64,000 nt of DNA from Eledone cirrhosa (taxonomy: Eukaryota): positions 154,442,001 to 154,506,000 of the forward strand of contig OZ024741.1 of the NCBI GenBank assembly GCA_964016885.1, given 5' to 3'. Position numbers and translations under genes: made by a program. The notes beneath the pieces are model-generated. The model did no database searches. It had not been told where the DNA came from and saw nothing but the letters and a program-made list of their open reading frames with translations. Below, one piece after another: positions 26,265 to 38,571 of this stretch. Numbering within the stretch: position 1 is the first letter of the stretch; each line of letters starts with the position of its first letter.

Positions 26265-27105
26265 AATAATGAAATTATTGTGTACAGTGCTCAGGTGCAC
26301 TACAACTCATCAAAAGTGCATGTATAGTACATAGAATAATGTACAAATGTCAGGAAAATAAACAGTGTATGAGTCATGATATAATAACAATAACAATAAT
26401 GAAATATTGTGCACAGTGCCCAGGTGCACCACAACCCATCAAAAAAGTGCATGTACAGTACATAGGGCAATGCACAAACATCAGTAAAATGAACAGTGCA
26501 CACGTGTGCATGTGTATGGAAGGGGCACATCAGGTGTAGTTTTGGCGTATTTCGGGAAGCATGAGTGTCTTAAAGGATGCAGTGTCTCGGCAGCTAACAA
26601 TTGACGCAGGTAGTTTGTTCCATGCTTCAGCAACTCTGAGCGTGAAAAAATGTCTGCGAAAGTCATGGGAGCTGTGCTGTTTTCTTATCTTGTAGGCATG
26701 TCCACGTGTGTTAGACACATGGAGATCAAAGAGGCGCTCAGGGTTGCAGTTGGCGAGATGGTTAAAAACTTTGTGGGTATTCACCAAGTCCATTGCCAGA
26801 CGTCGGAGCTTCAATGAATCCATGCCCAGGGAAGCAAGGCGTTCAGAGTATGGTAGGTGTCTGATGGAGGGTATGCGCTTGGTTGCACGTCTCTGAACAG
26901 TTTCCAGGAGGTCAATGTTCCGAGCAAGATAGGGGTTCCAGACTGATGATGCGAATTCCAAGTGTGGTCGCACCATAGCTGTATACAGTTTTAAATAGAT
27001 GGCTGGAGAGCGGCTAACAAAGGTCTTGCTGAGTGATGCCAAGACACCCTCGGCCTTCTTGACAATCTTAGAGACATGCTTTGTCCAATGCAAATCGTTG
27101 CTGAC
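26265..27105 (-). mobile_element. CR1-type LINE 3' fragment with a duplicated 3'UTR tail, in RFK intron 1
   Basis: Open 187-aa C-terminus (VRPHLEFASSVWNPY...QRRATK...TRGH); same family as 8735-9893. Confidence 0.92.
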
Positions 27106-27289
27106 ATATATAAATATACAAAACTAGAACACAACTGTTTTTTTATGTCATGTCATGTGTTGAATATAAAACAGAAATTTATCTAAAGCCTAATTTAAAC
27201 ATTAAACAATCAAACAATTTAGTGATAAGTCATTCACTGTCCTATACACACACACACACACTCTCTCTCTCTCTCTTTATACACACATG

Positions 27290-27323
<34 letters not shown>

Positions 27324-29123
27324 TGTATGTATGTATGTATGTATGTATGTATGTATGTATGTATGTATGTATGTGCGTGTGTCTGATGGTAGCTAAAATG
27401 CTTCCATAGGCGGTATGCCGGTTGAGCACTCTATGCTCTTACAGAGCAGAATATGATAGAATAGAAAACGAAAAATCAGTGATGCATCTGAACTTAATTT
27501 ATTGTGTTACAATTGTTTCCCTGGTGGGAAAATGTTTAACCCTGACGGCAGAGCTCAAGCCGTTTCGACGGCTATTTCTGGACTACTAATCCAGAAATAG
27601 CCGTCGAAAGGCTTGAGGTCTGCCGTCGGGGTTAAACATTTTCCTATTACCCACTCTACTACCCTAAGTATTGAGTACTCTGGTGCGTTATGCTCCATCT
27701 GGTTCCTTACCACACTTCCTTCGTTATATATATATATAGGGCGGTTATATATATATATATATATCAAGGGCGGTGCCCCAGCATGGCCTCAGCCGGATGG
27801 CTGAAACAGGTAAAAGAGTAAAAGAGTATATATATATAGAGAGAGAGAGGTCATTCTTTTATTTAAAATAGAAAGATAAATGTATCAAATGAAGGAACCT
27901 TCACATGATCCACTTAATCAGCTAGATAAAGCAATAAAAAAGAAGGAACTGAGTATCAGATGTTACCATGTTTACATTGGCCTTTTTATTGCTAAATCAT
28001 ACTATGTTAGTGCTACTGTTAATTGTTTCTACTTTTTGGCACAAGGCCAGCAATTATTCCAGTGCATTACTGGTATTTTATTTTATCGACTCTGTAAGGA
28101 CGAAAGGCAAAGTTAACCTCGGCGGAGGTTCATACTGTAGACAAATAAGCATCTCCATAAATGTATTATTTGCAAAATTCTATGTATAATAAGCTTTAAC
28201 TTTCTTGCCGGAGTAATGAGTGAGTAAATATCACTAATGATGGCTTTAGGATATTTTAATACCATAGAATTTGGCATTGTCACATAGTTACTGAGATAGT
28301 TGTGACATAATTGTTTCTACTTTTGGCACAAGGCCAACAATTACCCAGTACATTACTGGTACTTTATTTTATCGACCCCGTAAGGATGAAAGGCAAAGTT
28401 AACCTCGGCGGGATTGTGACATAATAACAGCTTAAAATACTTATAGCAAGACTTATGTATGTTTATTATACATAAAAATATTGTATATGCTTCTGTATAC
28501 GCCTCTATTTTGAATCATGCTGTGTTAGTGCTGCTGCTAATTACTGATAGTGTATATTTTATTTACCACCTGTCTAGTAGATAAAAGATCTTGGCACCTC
28601 ATAGTATACCAAGACCTAAAACAATCAACAGAAAGTCAATGGAAACAGGTGGTGGATTAAGTGGGAGCTTTTCATTATAGTCTTGCTGTCGGAAGGTGAC
28701 AGATCAAAAATAAACTTGAAAGCGACAGAACATCACACGTACATACATACGTACCCCCTCCCCCCACCCCCATATATATACTCTTTTACATGTTCCAGCG
28801 ATCCAGTTGAGGCCATGCTGGGGTACCGCCCCTATATTTATGTTTTGCTTCTGACAGGACCCACTTGAAAGAGTGTTTGAGGACTCTGGCCTCACGACCC
28901 TCTCAGGTATAAGTGGACGAAGAAGATATATATATATACATATATATACAATGATATTAAATAAATGGAAACTATATTTATAAAACCATAATTTATAGTT
29001 TTATAAATATAGTTTCCATTTATTTAATATCATTGAATACTTACTCCAGAAACTGTCGAGTGCTTTGAATCAGTTGTAAACATCTATATTTGTTGGATTT
29101 CCAACAAATTAAATATCTCTTCT

Positions 29124-29168
<45 letters not shown>

Positions 29169-30544
29169 CTCACACATCATGGGCCCATACATATACATAC
29201 ATCAGTGGCTCATTAAGAGGATGGGTATTGACATGGCTGTAGTCAGGGACCACACAATATTTCAATGGCCTAAAATTTATTTATTTGCTACCAACACGAG
29301 ATGAAATTTTTCAGCCAGGAGCCCGATGCTAGCTTAATCTGGTCTTAGTTGGAAAGTTAGTGGAATAATTAAGTTAAGCAGCAATAAAAACCTTAGATTA
29401 ATACTAAAAAAGAAAAAAACTTTTACAAAAAAGAAAAGAAAAAAGTGAAAGAAGACAAGTCATATCACAAGGCGCAAGAGTTTCCCTCTATTTTTTTGAG
29501 GCAAGCCGACACACATGCAGCATTGCTGCAGGTGATAGCGAGGCTAAGACTCTGGAATAACCAAGCACCCTCACGGGCAACACTAGATACCAACGATGAC
29601 CAGAGAACCTCGTCGTCAGCGGACCAGCTTCGCCAGACGTCACGAACTGTAAAAAAATAGTTTGCGGATTATTCCTGGTATTTTAAAATTTAATTTCGTT
29701 CGACTACAGATGCAGTTACCCTCACCTCCACCACAACATCCAGGTGGTGGGAAAGGGCAAGAGAGTCGTTGACGGATAGTCCCAAATAAATCTACCTCTT
29801 CCCACCAACCCTAGACTATACAGCTGACTCCAGAATTAAGGTTATATTTACTGTAGCCAGGACACGTTTGTAGGTTCAGCTCGATATAGATAATAAAGTG
29901 TTGATTCGACATGAGGCTGGGGATTTTTTAAGGGGAACTGGGAGGATATGGTTTTTATACTCCATCAAAAGAAAAGAAGAAATACAACAGAAGCGTACCA
30001 GAAAAAAATATTTTTCTTAATCAGTCTGATTCAGTGTTTCATTTATCGACACGCGAACATTTACATGTAAAGATATATATATATGTAATGTTATGTATAA
30101 ATGAATCAGTGAATCGGGCCGATTAAAAGAGATAAAAACAATTTCTGAAACGAGATTCATTGTCAATGATACCCTTGAAATCCTATTTTAACGATACTAA
30201 AAATAAAATATACGTGATGACAACTGGAAAGGATAGGACACTTAACCCTTTTCATATCAAATCAACTGAAAACACTTTTGGTTTTAGGATACCAAACAGT
30301 TTATTTTAAAATATATTTATCTAAAAACTTCCCATTATGATTTATGTAAGAATACCAGTTTAATAACAAGAAAATTAGTTTACATTACTAAAATCCTTCC
30401 AAACTTTCGATTAATTTTCAAAATTATTTGAAAATAGGGGATAGTGTCTTTCATTAGTAATATGGTAACGAAAGGGAAATTTCACCTTGGTAGATGATGG
30501 CTAAATATAAACAATATCTATCGAAACGCGAGTCCTTTACTTAC

Positions 30545-30644
30545 CTGTGGGAAAACCAAGCTGTTTGCTGCCCCGGCCAAAACCCTTCACTACATTTCCC
30601 TCAGCATAATAAGGCAAATAGTTTTTCAGATCCGACGTGGACAT
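30545..30644 (-). CDS. RFK: Riboflavin kinase, coding exon 1 (MSTSDLKNYLPYYAEGNVVKGFGRGSKQLGFPT-A)
   Basis: Manual translation of the minus strand gives the GxVVKGFGRGSKxLGxPTAN RFK signature; ATG at 30644; ends G|gtaag (100 nt, phase 1). Not in the ORF track. Confidence 0.95.
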
Positions 30645-31725
30645 ATTTGTAGGTAAAGTTTAAAGTTCGACAGTGAAGTCAGCTTGTATATATGTATGTA
30701 TGAGGAAGATGAAAGTTCAATGACTTCCCGAGTGGTGTGTGAGGAGTGTCCCGTAGGCGTATCGGTGTTTATATATATATGTGTGTGTGTATACATATAT
30801 ATTATATGTATGTATATGTGTGTATATATGTATGTGTGTGTATGTATATATATACAAATAATATATATCAGTGACCGGCAAGTGTTTGTTATCAGTCGAA
30901 GCTATCGTTAGGATAATCCCGTATAAATACCTGTGTGAATTAATATAGACAGTGATTGTGTACGACTCTACAACTCTATTAATACTTTCATTATGGAATG
31001 CACATTAGTTTCATTATTTTGTTACTTAACACACCCGCTTCGTTCACATGTCTTCCACCTTGAAAACAGTTTGCTCGACTATTCTATTATGATAACTCTA
31101 AACCGTTAACATCTTTTCTTCGCTAAACCATATGAATTGTTGTTTTAATTCTTCTCTGTCACTGTCCAACATTGTTAAATGATAATGAGAGAATATTGCA
31201 AATGTATTAATTAACTATGGCAACACATCTCTCTTCTCGTGGGGGAAAAGAGAAAGCAACGTGAACGAAGGAAATTTACTAAGGAACATGTAATTGTTAA
31301 TCACCGTCCAGCAGTCTAACCAAGGAAACGTGTTGTTTCAATAATAAAAAAGGAAGAAAAAAATCATTTTGGCTTTTATCTCATCACAGAGAAAGGCTAT
31401 TTATTGATTTGTTTCGATTGTAAACCATATATTCATTATATTAATGCATCGGGTCGTATACATTTATAATAAATTTCTTATATATATAATATATATTTGC
31501 ACAATCATTGTCATTTTAGATTTTATATATAAATAATATAACACATTCATAAATAATATATATATATATTGAGAGAGAGCGCGCGCGAGAGATCAACTCG
31601 CGGCATCGTCATTTGATCATTCTGTTTTGTCACTCTTCTGAGAATAACGGTTTATTGGTTTATACAGAATTACCGGTACTTTAATAAACGAACAGGTTTC
31701 ACTTGACACCGCGTATTACATTAAA
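30645..31725. promoter_or_regulatory. Probable bidirectional promoter/5'UTR region shared by RFK and GLRX3
   Basis: Divergent ATGs ~1.08 kb apart; locally CpG-enriched, e.g. gagcgcgcgcgagag and ctcgcgg near 31578-31603; no recognisable transposon in the interval. Confidence 0.6.
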
Positions 31726-32697
31726 ATGGCGGAAGTCGAAGAAGTTCCTAGTGTTGATCGAGTAAACGCGGTTCTTACCGAGGCCAGATCGAACCTCGTT
31801 GTCTTACATTTTTCTGCTAAATGGTCAGAAGAATGTCAACAGATGAACGACGTATTACGAGAACTCGCCAAGGATCCTCATTATGTGAATGTAAGGTTTC
31901 TTGTTGTGGAAGCCGAGGACTTAGTCGATTTGACAAACAAGTATAAAGTAGCTTCCGTTCCTGTATTTATCTTCTTCAAAAACAAGACACAGATCGATAT
32001 TCTGGAAGGTGCTAATGCCGTGGAACTTAGCAAGAAAGTGAAGAACCTGGTAGAAGCTACAGTGGCAGTAGCAAACCAAGAAGATATTAATGTGAAGCTA
32101 AAAGCTCTCGTTAATCAAGCACCTGTTATGCTCTTCATGAAAGGTAGTCCCGATGAACCGAGATGTGGGTTCAGTCGCACCATTATCGGCATCCTAAACA
32201 AACACAACATCGAGTTTTCGCATTTTAACATCCTCAGCGATGAAACCGTGCGCCAAGGACTGAAAAAATACTCGGATTGGCCGACATATCCTCAGTTGTA
32301 CAACAAAGGAGAACTTATCGGTGGACTAGACATCGTCAAAGAACTCTCAGAATCTAACGAACTCGAAAAGATGCTACCCCAGAATGAAGACATAAATGCA
32401 AAATTGAAAAACCTTATCAACAAAGCTAAAGTCATGCTGTTTATGAAGGGTTCCCCAGACACGCCGCGCTGTGGTTTCAGTAAAACCACTATCGCTATCA
32501 TGGAAGAAGCTGGTGTTCCTTATGAAACGTTTGATATTCTTCAAAACGAAAGCGTGAGACAAGGGCTGAAGACGTATTCCGACTGGCCCACATATCCACA
32601 GTTGTACGTCAGTGGCGAACTGGTAGGTGGACTTGACATTATTAAAGAACTTAAAGAAAACAATCAGTTAGTTGAGACCTTAAAAGGGTCTTCATAG
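31726..32697 (+). CDS. GLRX3: Glutaredoxin-3 / PICOT (thioredoxin-like domain plus two monothiol CGFS glutaredoxin domains), single-exon CDS
   Basis: 323-aa ORF; N-terminal Trx-like domain (WSEEC); two PRCGFS...YSDWPTYPQLY...GGLDI domains; AAAATGG start context; AATAAA at ~32804 followed by a T-rich tract. Confidence 0.97.
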   Translation: MAEVEEVPSVDRVNAVLTEARSNLVVLHFSAKWSEECQQMNDVLRELAKDPHYVNVRFLVVEAEDLVDLTNKYKVASVPVFIFFKNKTQIDILEGANAVELSKKVKNLVEATVAVANQEDINVKLKALVNQAPVMLFMKGSPDEPRCGFSRTIIGILNKHNIEFSHFNILSDETVRQGLKKYSDWPTYPQLYNKGELIGGLDIVKELSESNELEKMLPQNEDINAKLKNLINKAKVMLFMKGSPDTPRCGFSKTTIAIMEEAGVPYETFDILQNESVRQGLKTYSDWPTYPQLYVSGELVGGLDIIKELKENNQLVETLKGSS

Positions 32698-33734
32698 ATC
32701 CCTATATTAAAGTGTCCTCTCTTTAAGAGCCCATGATAATGATCTCCTTTATCGGTATTAATCAAGAAAAAAGACTTTTTCTCTCTCTTTATCTGTTAAT
32801 TGTAATAAAGACGATAGCACGTTTTTGTTTTTTTTTTGTTCCCTTTACTTTATATATATATATATATATATAGTAATAATAAAAAGGATATGGTGTTAGA
32901 TCTTCATTACATTTATTGAGGTGTCACACTTCAATAAATGTAATGAAGATCTAACACCTCGCCCTCATTATTAAGTATAACACTATGTTAAGTATAACAC
33001 CAATATACCTACTGGAAACTACGCATCAAGTGCTCACTTTTTTAAACCTAGAATGTCACGTTACAACCACTAAACTGTTGTTATATATATATAATTGTTT
33101 ATAATATATATAATGTTAAGTATTTCCAAAGAAAAAGCAATATATATATATATATATAGGTATAATAGAACGCCTGAATCGATTTCAGTGGGGAAAACAT
33201 TTTTTTCCTCTATTTACTTTTTCGTGTACTATCAACTAATTTAGCCTCCAAGATGTTGACAATCAACTTTTTCCCCGGAGAACGGAGTTTTCCCAACGAA
33301 TTTATTTTTGCGTGTTATTAACAAATAGGACTACCAAACCAGTCGGAACCGACGTGATTTATAGTAAAAGGGGGCGGAAAGAATATCGGAGTTTCACAGA
33401 TCAACACACCTCTCGCGTTTGTTGGGAAATAATTATCCTCCCTCGATTTTTTCTGGACCTCTCAGGTGCTTGCAATAGACTTTCTTTTCTGGATTAAGGT
33501 TAGGGTTTTTACAACCCCTTTCTAAAACACTCCTTAAACATCCCAACTCCACTCCCATCAATTATCTTGCTGTTACCATTCACCATTTTCTGTATATATA
33601 TATATATAATAAAGAAAGTGTGGTAAGAAACCAGGTGGACCATAACGCACAAGAGTACTCGATACTTAGAGTAGTAAAGTCGGATCTAGCTGTCGAAACG
33701 GCCGGAGCTCAGCCGTCGGGGTCCTGACTCTTTT

Positions 33735-33783
<49 letters not shown>

Positions 33784-34169
33784 TCTAATTCCTTTAAATC
33801 TTCATCAACACTCCTTCACTCCCACACTCGTTAACAACCCACCCCCTGACAGACCCAAATCTCATATATAGTCACACATCACAACACAACCTGAGATCAG
33901 TTTGACAATAGCCACCGAGGAATGCGAGAAAGTTCTCCGGGATAGTTAACCAGGGATCTTGAAACATCTTCCCACTGAAGTTAACAAAGAACTTACTAGA
34001 TATACAAAACCAAATTGTAAAATGATGGTATTACTAGACCGCCCGGGAACCGTTTGGTCACGTTCACTTCAAAATATAAAAAAAAATTTATATTACGTGT
34101 GTGTATATATATATATGCATGTGTGTATTCTTCTGTCCCCTCTCCCTCTCTATGTCTCTTTCAATTTAC

Positions 34170-34702
34170 TCTTTGGAAGCAGGGACTAGAAAGAAAGGGT
34201 CTCAAAGTCAACATGACAAAGACTAAGGTCCTTGTAAGTAGACGAGAAAACAGAACCCAGATCCCCTCAGGGAAATGGCCTTGCTCAGTATGTAGGAAAG
34301 GTGTAGGTAGGAACTCCATTCTCTGCCCCAAATGCAAACAATGGGTACACAAGAGATGTAGCGGGATCTCAGGAAGCTTAATTAAGAATGTAGGCTTCAC
34401 ATGCAGCAGCTGTACTGGGACAGCAAGCAGCAAACAGCCACAGGAAACAAGTACCACCAATCTCTGGGAGGGCTCTGTAGAGACAGTAGACAGCTTCTGC
34501 TACCTAGGTGACCGAATTAGCAGCGGAGGTGGGTGTTCAGAAAGTACAATAACTAGGGTAAGAATGGGATGGAAGAAGTTCAGGGAACTACTACCACTGC
34601 TAGCTGCAAAAGGCTTCTCCCTCAGAATGAAAGGCAGACTGTATGATGCGTGTATCCGAACAGCAATGTTGCATGGTAGTGAGACCTGGGCGCTGAAGGT
34701 GG
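34170..34702 (+). mobile_element. RTE-clade LINE fragment (post-RT region with C4HC3 Zn finger)
   Basis: GLKVNMTKTKV, CSVC..CPKC..H..C..CSSC, VDSFCYLGD, GWKKFREL and HGSETW motifs. Confidence 0.9.
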
Positions 34703-34946
34703 AACTCAAAGGAATATAAATTAAAATAATGTTACATAATATAATGTTCCATATATTGGTTTTTACTATGGTGTCTTGGTTGCATCAGCTGTCAGCCATA
34801 ATCAAGTAACATTATTTTAATTTATATTTGTTGACTTTGCCTTTCATCCTTACGGGGTCGATAAAATAAAGTACCAGTAATGCACTGGGTAATTGCTGGC
34901 CTTGTGCCTAAAGTAGAAACAATTATTTTAATTTATATTCCTTTGA

Positions 34947-35067
34947 GTTCCGATGAGCCACTCTGTTTTTTTAAATATGTTAATTATTTTCAACTGAACC
35001 AGATCAATTATGATATATAGTCATCTGATCCAGAAATATTATATGGAGTAGCGAAACAATTGTAAAC
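34947..35067 (+). ncRNA. Hammerhead-like motif with a long stem II loop
   Basis: gtt-CCGATGA-gccactc...(~80 nt)...gagtagc-GAAA-C AATT G-TA-aac. Confidence 0.5.
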
Positions 35068-35449
35068 GGACATTATTATTATTAATATTATTATTCTCTA
35101 CATTCCTTACATCAAACTAAAATATGTTGACAATCTTTTAATAATGTCTTCCTTGTGAAGTTTGTGGTCTTGTTTTGCTTAACTAATGAATATATATATA
35201 TATATATATATTATAAGTAGAAGTTGTATTTAATTTGTTGGAAGTCCGACAAACATAAATGTTTATAACTGATTTAGAGCACTCAACAAGTTACTGGAGT
35301 AAATATTCAATGATATTAAATAAATGTAAACTATATTTATAAAACCATATTTATTTTATTATATATATTTCAAGGGCAACTACCAGTGAAATTCCAACCG
35401 ATAAGGTATGATTTTCATGGGTACGTCTCTATTTATAAAACAAACTTTG

Positions 35450-35512
35450 TATTTTATCTGATGAAAGCGTACCAAGTTTGACTTGGTTGCCCTTGAAATA
35501 TATAATAAAATA
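35450..35512 (+). ncRNA. Minimal type I hammerhead ribozyme motif (Penelope type)
   Basis: tattttat-CTGATGA-aagcgtaccaag tttga cttggttgccctt-GAAA-tata-TA-ataaaata: 8-bp stem I, canonical core, hairpin stem II, palindromic minimal stem III. Confidence 0.75.
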
Positions 35513-37355
35513 AATATGGTTTTATAAATATAGTTTCCATTTATTTAATATCATTGTATATATATATTCACTGTAAAGTGGTCGTGTAGGAGACACAGTA
35601 AAAAAGCTCCCAGTCCACACTGTAAATGTGGTTAGTGTTAGGAAGGGCATCCATCCATAGAAAACCTGCCAGAGACACTTCTATACGAGCGAGACACTGT
35701 CTCCAGACCAATCCCGCATCAAATGGTACAAAACTGTCTAACCCATGCTAGCGTGGAAGATGGATGTTAAATTATGATGATGATAATGATGATATATATA
35801 TAGTACAAACACCAATATTAAAAGTAAAAGGAGACATTATAGGGTTTGAGAGGAATTTTCAGTCTGGATGAACTCTGTAAGGTGTTATGATAAAATGCAC
35901 CCAGTACATTTTGTAAAGTGCTGGTAAAGCCATCCAACTCATGCCAGTGTGGAAATCATCATCATCATCATTTAACATCCATTTTCCCTGCTAGCATGGG
36001 TTGGATGGGTCATTAGCAGACTTGCTTGGTACTTAAAGCAGAAGTAATGACTCTATGATAGGCTGACAGCTGGCTTCTCGCTTAGATTTCTGCGCCATAC
36101 TGAGTGCTTAGATGGGCTGGTGGCCCATTACTTGCTTACATACATCCCACACTACTGAGTGCATTTGATCATGGGGAGGTTTTCATGTTCTTGAGACAGC
36201 TGAAGAATCCTCCAAACCCTTATTTTGGCAGGTTTTCTATGGTTGGATGCCTTTCATACCACAATCCATTTTACAGAGTGTACTGGGTGCATTTATTGTG
36301 TAAATCATCACCACTAGGAAGGGTGTCATGTGCCTGCCACAACTGGAGAGTCCTCTCGACCCATTGGCAATTATTTTTTCTACAGTTAGTTCATTAACCA
36401 TTTTACAGAATGTACTAGGTGCATTTATCATGTAAATCACTAACACTAGGGAGGTTTGCTGAAGATGAGTTCCCCAACTTTTTGTTTGGTAGGTTTTCTA
36501 TGGCTGAATGCCTTTCCTATCACCAATCACTTTACAGAGTATACTAAGTGCGTTTATCATGTAGCTCACTAATACTAGAGAGGCTGTTATGCCCATGACA
36601 TGACTGGTATGGTTTGTACATCCCCCTTCCTATCACCAACTATCTTACAGGGTATACTGGATGCACTCCACATAGCACTAGTACTAGAGTTGTCTGTCAT
36701 TTACTCAACTGAAAGCAGAAGTCAAATGATTATGAGTTATAAAACTCTAACTCTAACATACATTCACTTGTTTTTCAACCTAAAATAAGATTTGAGAATA
36801 TTAATTATTGAAATATAGAAATCACATTATATCTGAGAAGTTATTAGGAAGGAAATTAAATTAGATTGAAATTATTTATTGTTATTGCTTCATGGTGACT
36901 AAATTTTGTTTTGATACAAGCTGCACAAAACCATTCCTGGTTCTACAATACAAAACTTTATTTTAAAGTATCTATATTTATCTAAAGACCTCCCATCATA
37001 ATTTAATGATAAGGACCCAACACCTACATGCACGTTTAGCTGGCCTCCCACAAGGTAGCATCTCATTGGAGGTTTCTTGAGAGTTTATTATGATAGAGGT
37101 CACAGTCCTATCCTGAAAAGCAACATGCTGTCTGATCAAAGAATCAAACCCACAACCTTATAATTGTGAGTTCAACATCATAACCACTAGGCTACAAGCC
37201 AAGAATATGAATCCAAAAGAATGTAAGGTAAGTCTGCTATGTTAATTAATCTTATTTAATTACATTAATTACTCATTAATGTAATGAGAAATATTAAAAA
37301 TTAATTATATGGAAAACTAATTGGCATAACTATGTAAAGTTATTAATGTTTCATA

Positions 37356-38571
37356 CCGTATATACTCGCGTATAGGTCGCATACCCACTTTTCATTTAAC
37401 AAATAGGCTATTTGCCATTGACTCGCAGATAAGTCGCACTGAAATTTGGGCCGTCAAACTACTCCAAACCATGTTTTATTTATAAAATAAACATTAACGT
37501 CATCGAAATTTCGTCAATTTGAGATGACTGCGAGATAAAGCCTTTAAGCGCGAAAATTAACTCTTAATATAGTGAAACAACTTGAAATAACACGTGTTTT
37601 TTAACGTTGAAAGTATAACAGATTTTTAGCGTATCAACATGGCTTCCCAAAGTAGCGAATACTGATTTTGAAGGTTTTACATGCGACGACATTCAAAATC
37701 AAAAAGAAACACAAGATAATTGTCTCTACTTTAGGCACAAGGCCAGCAATTATCCAGTGCATTACTGGTACTTTATTTTATCGACCCCGTAAGGATGAAA
37801 GGCAAAGTCAACCTCGGTGGGATTTGAACTCAGATCGTAAAGGGACGTAACTATGCTGGAAAGCATGGCGTCCGACCCTCTACTGATAGTGATTTATCTT
37901 CAAATGAATCAGTCGTATTTATTTCTGACGATGATAGTTACTTTGAAAGTGAAAGCGAAGATCTGACGGACACCATTGAAAATATTACAGCAGCATGGTT
38001 GAAAGATACAACACCAATACATGTTCACACCTATTTCCAAATTCTTCTGCATAACCAACCACCTTTAACTTGAAAACTGTTTGATAACTTTTTCTCTTAC
38101 TGGAATTCATATTTCTCAGTGAATTATAAAATAAATTTCAACTATCAACTTTTCTCACTTGCTAATTTTGAAAAGAAACGCCACATACAATAATCTGTTT
38201 CCTGTTAAAGTAAATACGTCACAATACGTGTTCATAGCAACGCTAAGACAATAAAATCACATTTTAAATACCGGGTATGCATTTCTATCGATTTTAATGA
38301 CGGACGGTTTGGTCAGATAGAAAAAAACGTAAACACTACCAAGTTTTAGTAAAAACTTTAAAATCAAGAAATATATGTATAAGAAGGTAGATATATGAAA
38401 TTATTATGTTAAATAATAAAAAAATATTAAAGTTATTTTTATAAATACCCATCGTTGATTAAGTCTATGAAAAATCATTGGTCAGTCTGATGTTGATTGG
38501 ATAGGTCGCACCCCAAAAATTTATACTTATTTATCATTAAAAAAGTGCAACCTATACGCGAGTATATACGG
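37356..38571. mobile_element. Non-autonomous Tc1/mariner-superfamily (Tc2/pogo-like) DNA transposon with a nested SINE
   Basis: TIRs ccgtatatactcgcgtatagg / cctatacgcgagtatatacgg flanked by TA at 37354-55 and 38572-73; subterminal gtcgcac repeats. Confidence 0.85.

Noticed and set aside
29590-29640. CTGACGA on the minus strand
   Set aside because: No GAAA after the putative stem II, so the topology is incomplete.
30490-30535. Hammerhead-like GAAACGCG near the RFK exon 1 donor
   Set aside because: No CUGAnGA core and no stems I/II.
33494-33508. Telomere-like ttaaggttagggtt
   Set aside because: A single TTAGGG unit; expected by chance.
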